From: a virus
Taxonomy: Duplodnaviria > Caudoviricetes
Virus record (IMG/VR): IMGVR_UViG_3300035492_000136
Span: 1-38,773 of that record
Direction: 5' to 3' (one strand)
Length of the DNA stretch: 38,773 bases
Of the stretch, positions 32,389 to 38,773 are shown in pieces. The translations under genes were made by a program, and so were the position numbers. Position 1 is the stretch's first letter; every line of letters starts with the position of its first letter. The notes beneath the pieces are model-generated. The model made no database searches and had not been told where the DNA came from. It saw nothing but the letters and a program-made list of their open reading frames with translations.

Positions 32389-35168
32389 ACGCACTCCTTT
32401 TCAATCGATGTCTCAATCCCCGCGCCTACAGCGGCTGATACTTGAGCCACTGCAAATCGCAGCACCTCACCACCCGCCAATCCATCATCCGCACGCATAG
32501 CTGGGCTGTAGACCAACTGCGGCGTGGATGCGGTCTCAGTGCGCAGCAAGGTAGCGCCCTGCCACACCTGCACGCGGTAGCGCTCTGTGGCTTCACCCAA
32601 AGGCACGCTCGGTGACACACCGCCATAGCGGTACGAAAGGCGGGTGCGACGTTGCCAGCTCAGATGCACGCCCACGCCCTGCTCGGTCAAAGCACGCAGG
32701 CTCACTGGGGAAAACGGCTTTAGTGCACGGCCCGTTTCAGTGAACAGTTGCGGCTGCACGTCCGTGATGTACTTACCCACCGTCGTCGCCTTGAGCCAGC
32801 GCTGCGCCTGTAGCTCATTGAGCTGCGTGTTGACGCGGCGCACACCGCGGTTGAGCAGCACGCAGCGCTCCCCTGCCACATGGCTGCCCATGGCCCACTC
32901 GGTGCCACGAAAGCCACGGATAAAGCCCGTGAGCTGGTAGGTGTAGCGGCCTCGGTCTTCATCTGCATCAACAAGCTCTGCATTGCGAAAGCGCACCACC
33001 TCATCGCCCACCAGCAGCGCATTGACCGATTCATCAAGCAACATGGAAGCACGGCTTGTGCTTGATAGCTGACCCAGCATTTCCACGCGCAGCACGCTGG
33101 CTTCGTCAAACACAGGGCCACCACTCCATGCAGGAAGGACCGTCAGCGCTTCACCAACAGTCGCAGCCTCAAGAATAGACAGCAGCGATGCGTAGTCGAC
33201 ATCGTCCCAACTGCTGGCCACGTTTGCGCCTTTCCATTGGTCTGTGGCCACATTGATGCTGTCCGGAGCAGCAGCCAAATAAAAGCCCGGCTGGTCATCG
33301 GCATCGCGCAACAGCGGAACATCCAGCGCATGCAAGATGGTGTCAGGCATGCTGGTCGGGTCTTGCACCGTGATGTAGCCCTCATCCGTGATCGCAGCAC
33401 TATCGAGTGCACCCACGTCGTCAAGCTTGCACTCCAGCTCTAGCCAGATGCCTTGGTCTTTACGGGTTTGCACGCGCAGGCGATAGATGCGACCGTCTTG
33501 GGCCGCAGCCTCCACCACATCACCCGGCTCTACAAAAGCGTATTTCAGTGGCACCGACAAGGTGGTGCTTTGCAGCCCCGCCACCGCATCCATCAGCAAT
33601 GCGTCTGCCACGCCTTTTGCCTCCGCTGGCAGCATGCCCACGGGCACTTGCATGGTCTGCGTGCTTTGCTGGCCGCTGATAAGGCGGTCTGAAAACTGAC
33701 TGTCCGCGTTGTAGTCGCCCGCCATGTTGGGGTACGTCAGCGCAATTTGCGCAGGCATTTCCAGGTCATTGCCCATCCGAATTGCCAACGGGTCATCCAA
33801 GCCACCAGCACTTGCACCAAATCCAAGGCCGGCGAAAGGTATGTGCGCCACAGCCGTGGTGGAGCGTGGGCGCAAGCGCAGCTTGTCAGTGGTAGAGCAC
33901 TCAAAATACCAGCACTTTTGCAGTACCTCTAGTGCGCTGCGGGTGCTGGCCACTTGCGACAGCGCCAAAGCGCGGACAGGCTTTGTCAAAGACTCTAGCG
34001 CGCTCAAATCAAAGTCGTTTTCGGTGTATTCGGCGCGCTGCAACAGCCTGTTTGTGGTTCCCAGAACACCCTCTGTCAATTGCGTGTAGCCGCCCTCTAT
34101 GTCTTCAAACTGATAGAAGGGGGTGATGTAGTCTTCGTCTGTGTTGTAAACAGATATGACACCAATGCCCGCCTCGGCGCATCGTTCCAAAAAGTATTCA
34201 TGCGACGCCCTTACTGTGTCGATGTCCATCGATCCGCTAGTATCAATGAAAACAACCACGGGGCTACCCGGTGGCAAAGAAGAGAGCGCGCATATCTGAA
34301 ACCAGTCGGATCTATTTTGAAAAAGACCCTGGTCTCGTTTCACAATAGTTGGGCCAGTGAACAAGCGGTCTGTTCCGGAACTTGTCGGGACGAGCAAATG
34401 TCGGGTGTCTTCGGGGTCAAGAGGTCTAAGTAAGAAAAATGGCCTCTTAGGAAACCTCTCTCGAAAAGCCGACCATTTAGCGTCAACGGTCTCTTGTGTT
34501 TCCAAACCTTCGTTTTCATCTATCACAGCAATGCATGTGATTGTTTGGCTGTTAACGGCTTCGCCGATCTCAAACGTCAGGTTTGGAATCGCCCCCGATC
34601 CACCGAGCTGCAGCCCGTCTATGACCACATAGCCATGCCCGCGATACGCGGGCGCGTTTCCCACGCCAACCGCAGCTTCATAGGTGGGATCTGGTAATGC
34701 CTTTGGGTTGGCCCCGTTGTATACGCGCATGGCCCGCCAAACACCGCTCTTGGTGTAATCCCCGTTGTATACCAATTCGTTGTTTGACCATATCCGGGAC
34801 ACCCCGTTTATGGAATTTTCGGTCAGCAATATCAGCAGGTCGCAGTCATACGTGTATGTCACCTGCGTGGCTCCACCCCCACCGCCCTTGCCGCCCACAT
34901 CTTCTTCGTGGCGAGTCTCGCGGCGATTACTGGCCCAGACGATCTGCCCAGCAATGCGTGGGCTGCCAGCCACCCACGGGATGGTGTCGCCGTAGTCGGT
35001 GCCGGTGATCTTGAGGTCTTTGAGGCGTGGGCCTTCGTGAGTTTGGTTCTCTGCAAATGCGTATGCCCCCACCATGGAGCCAGCCACCCAGCCGATTTGC
35101 GCACCTGCAGGGCCGCCAATCACGAAGCCAACGGCAGCACCAACGGCAGAAACAACAAGCTGGGCCAT
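32385..35168 (-). CDS. Central tail-tip / host-specificity protein (GTA-like)
   Basis: GPRL.DL....YG..IP...G..RI.GQI.WAS, PAYRG.GYVV, G..RG.RGTE, W.RR.R. Confidence 0.88.
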   Translation of the reverse strand: MAQLVVSAVGAAVGFVIGGPAGAQIGWVAGSMVGAYAFAENQTHEGPRLKDLKITGTDYGDTIPWVAGSPRIAGQIVWASNRRETRHEEDVGGKGGGGGATQVTYTYDCDLLILLTENSINGVSRIWSNNELVYNGDYTKSGVWRAMRVYNGANPKALPDPTYEAAVGVGNAPAYRGHGYVVIDGLQLGGSGAIPNLTFEIGEAVNSQTITCIAVIDENEGLETQETVDAKWSAFRERFPKRPFFLLRPLDPEDTRHLLVPTSSGTDRLFTGPTIVKRDQGLFQNRSDWFQICALSSLPPGSPVVVFIDTSGSMDIDTVRASHEYFLERCAEAGIGVISVYNTDEDYITPFYQFEDIEGGYTQLTEGVLGTTNRLLQRAEYTENDFDLSALESLTKPVRALALSQVASTRSALEVLQKCWYFECSTTDKLRLRPRSTTAVAHIPFAGLGFGASAGGLDDPLAIRMGNDLEMPAQIALTYPNMAGDYNADSQFSDRLISGQQSTQTMQVPVGMLPAEAKGVADALLMDAVAGLQSTTLSVPLKYAFVEPGDVVEAAAQDGRIYRLRVQTRKDQGIWLELECKLDDVGALDSAAITDEGYITVQDPTSMPDTILHALDVPLLRDADDQPGFYLAAAPDSINVATDQWKGANVASSWDDVDYASLLSILEAATVGEALTVLPAWSGGPVFDEASVLRVEMLGQLSSTSRASMLLDESVNALLVGDEVVRFRNAELVDADEDRGRYTYQLTGFIRGFRGTEWAMGSHVAGERCVLLNRGVRRVNTQLNELQAQRWLKATTVGKYITDVQPQLFTETGRALKPFSPVSLRALTEQGVGVHLSWQRRTRLSYRYGGVSPSVPLGEATERYRVQVWQGATLLRTETASTPQLVYSPAMRADDGLAGGEVLRFAVAQVSAAVGAGIETSIEKECV

Positions 35169-35170
35169 GG

Positions 35171-35614
35171 CTATTCCTCTTGCAAATTCTTAAAACGAAA
35201 CGCGCTCACAAACCGCATGGACTGGCTAAACAGCAGCCGCGTCTCAATGGTCTTGCCTGACGCATTGGAGGCGTGAATGATCGACAGGCCGCCGTGCGCG
35301 TAGTCACCGCAGATGCCAATGTGCTGGGGGTGCTTGTCAAAGGCCACGCACACCACGTCGCCGGGGGCCATCTGCTCGCGGGGGATCTCTAGCAATCGCT
35401 CTTGCAGGTGGCGCATCAAAGTGGAACCGTCCGGGTTGCGGCTGTAGCCGGTCACGTCATAGCCCGCAGGCAGCGCGCCCACGGTCTTGCCCACGCACAC
35501 CACCAGGCCCACGCAGTCCAGCCCAATGCCGGGTTTGCGCGCCTGGTGGTGGTAAGGCGTGCCAATGCAAGCACGGGCATGCCGCACGATCTCGTCGCGG
35601 GTGGTGGTGGTCAT
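35171..35614 (-). CDS. NlpC/P60 tail-tip peptidase
   Basis: GTPYHHQ...G.GLDC.GL, PGD, HIGI, IIHA. Confidence 0.9.
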   Translation of the reverse strand: MTTTTRDEIVRHARACIGTPYHHQARKPGIGLDCVGLVVCVGKTVGALPAGYDVTGYSRNPDGSTLMRHLQERLLEIPREQMAPGDVVCVAFDKHPQHIGICGDYAHGGLSIIHASNASGKTIETRLLFSQSMRFVSAFRFKNLQEE

Positions 35615-36567
35615 ACGGGTTTTGTGAGTTCGTCAGGGCTGGGCCGGTGGGGCTCGCCTTGAAAGTTGAGGACGTTGCCAAACTTGGCTTTGCAGTCTTC
35701 CATCAGCCGTTTGCGGCAACCGGCCACTACGGTGAGCTGGTCGCCCACGGCAATGGGCAGCACCATGGGCAGCACCAGGGTGACCACGCCAGCAGCGGTG
35801 TGCGTGCGCACCTTTTGGCTCAGGCCTTTGTTGGCACCGCTGGTCCAGGTGACCATGCCTTCGCCCAGGTAGTCGTCAGCAAACGCAGGGGGCTGTACCA
35901 GCGGTGGCAGCGGATCGCCTGGCAGGGCATCAGGTTCTGGCGGGGGCTGCACAGGCAACTGGGTAATTACAAAGCTGCGCTTGTCGGTCACAGCGGTAAC
36001 CACCACGGCATGGGTGTGGTCAGCGAGATCCCGGTTGCACTGTCCCCGGCCCACCGCCCCCAGGCGGCTGCGGCAGGTCTTTTGCGAGACCATGCCCACG
36101 GACTGCTGGAGCTTTTGCTTGAGGCCCCGCAGCTCCACGGTCAGCGTGGACGTGCCCAGCGTAATCTCACCCAGCCAGCCGCGCATCAGCACTTCCACAT
36201 CATTGGCAATCGTGGGCAGCAGCACATCCCAGCGGTAGCGAAACAACCAGAACTCGGCGTTTTGCCACATGCCCGCCAGCACTTCCTCGCGCACAAAGAG
36301 CGAGCCGTCGTCCAGGGTGGTGATCTCCAGGTTGTCCACATTGAAGCCAGCCGTGCTTACGATGCCGGATACATCAAGTCCCTGGGTGCAGTCAAACACC
36401 TGCTCGGCTTCGTCCACGCCCCACGGCGACACATCCATGACCAAGGGCAAGTCGTGGCTGGTAAAGGCGAACACCTTGCCGTCCTGGCGCCGGATCAGCA
36501 GGGCCGATGCCACGCACAGGCTGCCGCTGTCGTAGTGGGCCTGCAGGGCTGCGGGGATGGTCTTCAT
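35611..36567 (-). CDS. DUF2163/BR0599-like baseplate hub protein
   Basis: R.DG..F.FTSHD, C...LG...C, AGC.K....C..KFGN..NF.GEP. Confidence 0.88.
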   Translation of the reverse strand: MKTIPAALQAHYDSGSLCVASALLIRRQDGKVFAFTSHDLPLVMDVSPWGVDEAEQVFDCTQGLDVSGIVSTAGFNVDNLEITTLDDGSLFVREEVLAGMWQNAEFWLFRYRWDVLLPTIANDVEVLMRGWLGEITLGTSTLTVELRGLKQKLQQSVGMVSQKTCRSRLGAVGRGQCNRDLADHTHAVVVTAVTDKRSFVITQLPVQPPPEPDALPGDPLPPLVQPPAFADDYLGEGMVTWTSGANKGLSQKVRTHTAAGVVTLVLPMVLPIAVGDQLTVVAGCRKRLMEDCKAKFGNVLNFQGEPHRPSPDELTKPV

Positions 36568-37175
36568 AGGCGCACCTCTTCCAGCTCGATGTCTGCCCAC
36601 TCGGTAATCCCATGCGGGCCTCCAATGCGATGCCACATAGCGGATGGATCTTTGAAGGCAACAGGCACGTGAAACTCACCCGTCCAGCGGTACTGATCGC
36701 CGCTTTGGTGTCCCGTGATCTCCACGCGCCCGGTGTTCACGTCCGGCGTTGCTGCCAAAACGGTTTCCACGCCTGCGCGCACGCGCACGACCTTGCACCC
36801 CGCCGTCAGCTTGTAGATAGGCCGCACGAATTGGCGGGTGCCAAAGGTGTAGGCGCGGCACAGCTGCCAGGTATTGGCCACGCCCGCCACCGCCGTGGCC
36901 GTGGTGTTGGCGATCGTGGCGCGGTGGTCTGCTGGGTCTTTGAAGCGGAAGGCATCCGCATCCCCGCCCACGACATAAAAAAAGGACCTCAATTCCTCGA
37001 AGTCCTTTTGCACTTTTGGCACATGAGAGATGCGGTACTCGTGCAACGGGTATGTGGCCTCGCGGTTGGTAACCCTCTGCCCGCTTGCTCCGTAGGCCTT
37101 GCTGGTTAAAAACCGTGGCCCTCCCTCGCACCCCGCGCTGATCCGCTCCGGGAAAAGCTGTTCAAAAAAGGCCAT
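36564..37175 (-). CDS. DUF2460-like distal tail protein
   Basis: FP..IS.G..GGP.F.T, FF....G....FRFKDP.D, GEF.VPV.F. Confidence 0.88.
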   Translation of the reverse strand: MAFFEQLFPERISAGCEGGPRFLTSKAYGASGQRVTNREATYPLHEYRISHVPKVQKDFEELRSFFYVVGGDADAFRFKDPADHRATIANTTATAVAGVANTWQLCRAYTFGTRQFVRPIYKLTAGCKVVRVRAGVETVLAATPDVNTGRVEITGHQSGDQYRWTGEFHVPVAFKDPSAMWHRIGGPHGITEWADIELEEVRL

Positions 37176-37187
37176 AGCTGCACCCAT

Positions 37188-37210
37188 AAAAAAACCGCCC
37201 GAAGGCGGTT
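37188..37210 (-). terminator. Intrinsic terminator after tape-measure gene
   Basis: AACCGC-CTTCGG-GCGGTT+T-tract. Confidence 0.8.
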
Positions 37211-37229
37211 CTTGATTGCTTACAAAGGT

Positions 37230-38582
37230 TTAGTCGTTGCGGCGCAATGCAACTTGCATCTGCCGCCCAGCCGTACGGCCAAACTGCAGAGCGGTCTCGC
37301 GTGTCGCGCCTTGCGCTGGCATCTGCACCGTGACGTGCAGCACTTGCGGCTGAGCCTGCCCGCCGCCCTGTTGCGGATTTGCTGCGGCAGGCATGGCGCT
37401 TCCCACATAACCACCATTGGCATAGCCGTTGAGGCCGTTCAAGTAGGCCAAGCCCAGCTTCTTGGTGCTGGCAGCGTTGATCACGAACTCGCCGCCGTGC
37501 ACCACGCCCTTGGGCTCGTACTTGCCGCCGTGTCCGGTGTATCCCCCAGACGACAGCCCCTTGAGCTTGATGAAGTTGTCCAAAGCATCGCCGGGCAGCG
37601 CGCTGGCAGTTGATGCCACCGCAGACGTGCCGCCGAACAATCCAATGCCGGCGCCAATGAGGCTCATCAAGCCACCACCAGAGCCCGCGCCACCAGCCAA
37701 ACCCAATGAATTGCTCAGTTGCTGCTTGACGATGATCCGAGTGATGTCCGCCACGATGGAATTGGCCAGACTGTTGAAGTCCAGCTTGCCCGTGGTGATG
37801 AAGCTCACCAGCGCATCCTCCATGCCTTGGAAGGCTTTGGTGAACAGATCCGCAGTTTGTGCAGCGACGTTGGCGGCGTTGTCCGCGTAGTTTTCATACG
37901 CCCGGGCAGCTCCGTTGGCCCAATTGCCTTCAGCTGCCAGTCGCTGGGCGATGCCATCTTGGTAGACAGCCAGCGCCCGTTGCTCAGCGGAAGTGATGAT
38001 GGCCAGCTTTTCGTCGTAGAGCTTGGCAGTGTCCGCATTCAGTGCGCCACCAGCCTGCATTTCTGCCAAAGCGCGCTGGTTTGCCAGCTCACGGCGTTGA
38101 TCAGCAAATCGGCTGGATACCCCCAAGCGCCCCGACTCGTCTTGGCGCCAGCGGTCACCACGTCCTACTCCCATGACGGCGATAGTGCTTGCTCGCTGGA
38201 TAGAGTCGATGTACTCGTCCGCAGCCTGCTTTGCAGCCAATAGCGAGGCCTCATGCTGACGCGCAGCCGCTGCCTGCTGAATCTCCAGCACCTCCAGCTT
38301 GCCCGAAGCCTCCAGCGACAACTGCGCCAGCTTGGCTTTGTTTTCCGCAATCTTCTGATCACGGGCCACCGCCTCTGCGCCCTTGAGCTGCTGCTGAGCC
38401 AGTGCCGCGTTTTCTTCCGCCAAGGCCGACAGCTGGGCCTGCTTGTTTAGCTCAATGAAGCTACGCTTGGCGGTGTAGTAGTCCTGCTCACTGAGCAAGC
38501 CAGCGCTGCGCCGCGCCTCCATGATTGACTCGGCCACGCTGTAGCTGCTGCTCAGGTCTTGCAGCGACGACTGGATCTGCGA
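37230..38582 (-). pseudogene. Tail tape-measure protein, C-terminal part (5' end removed by IS)
   Basis: Lambda-type TMP C-terminal motifs GA..A...YAD.A.N.A, AF.GMEDAL..F.TTGKLDF.SLA.SI.AD, GGYTG.GGKYEP.GVVH.GEFV. Confidence 0.9.
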
Positions 38583-38759
38583 GGCTTTGTTGCATAAATC
38601 GGCCATAGGCCAAGGCATCCCCAATCCCAAATAGATTTACGCAGCAGCGACTGTCTGGGGCGTGCCCAGAGCGGTAAATTGATTGAGGATTGAAGCTCGG
38701 ATGTGCAGCTCGGTCACCTGGCGCTCAAACGTCCTGGCCATCACCTTCTCGCCCAGGCG
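38583..38759 (-). mobile_element. IS5-family (IS903 group) element, right IR and transposase C-terminus
   Basis: IR GGCTTTGTTGCATAAATC (38583-38600), 15/18 match to left IR; frame LGEKVMARTFERQVTELHIRASILNQFTALGTPQT, stop at 38637-38639. Confidence 0.9.
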
Positions 38760-38773
38760 AAGGTGATGGCCAG

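Noticed and set aside
30781-35168. Diversity-generating retroelement or invertible tail-fibre switch
   Set aside because: No reverse transcriptase, invertase or template/variable repeat pair seen
38734-38773. 15-bp perfect inverted repeat at the extreme end (CTGGCCATCACCTTC / GAAGGTGATGGCCAG)
   Set aside because: The last ~14 nt copy the adjacent transposase sequence in reverse and break its expected continuation; typical fold-back read or assembly artefact at a contig end
1-38773. Phage-plasmid lifestyle as explanation for intact attP
   Set aside because: No ParA/ParB, plasmid Rep or protelomerase recognisable; integrase and att site are intact

Overview
The window is an almost complete lambdoid siphovirus genome, probably from a betaproteobacterial (Comamonadaceae-like) host (inferred from gene style and composition). 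It is circularly permuted and cut inside the tape-measure gene. From left to right: tail, head and packaging genes (minus); Q-like/nin genes, replication genes with an internal iteron origin, and cro (minus); cI and the early-left operon with RecT/YqaJ, HU, an ASCH-like protein, a PAPS-reductase-like protein, xis and a tyrosine integrase (plus); an intact attP carrying the 5' half of tRNA-Arg(UCU); then lysis genes and a GTA-like tail-tip module (minus). Both ends run into an IS5/IS903-group element that breaks the tape-measure gene, and the left copy is itself interrupted by an IS3-family element. The main unexplained signals are non-coding: a ~740-nt ORF-free, heavily base-paired leader after PL with a tRNA-like cloverleaf (complementary D-like/T-like loops) and two CU-loop junction modules, three GGAU-loop hairpins before the scaffold gene, and an unannotated N-like Arg-rich peptide overlapping a terminator ahead of xis-int. 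All family calls come from motif recognition and synteny by eye; no searches were run.
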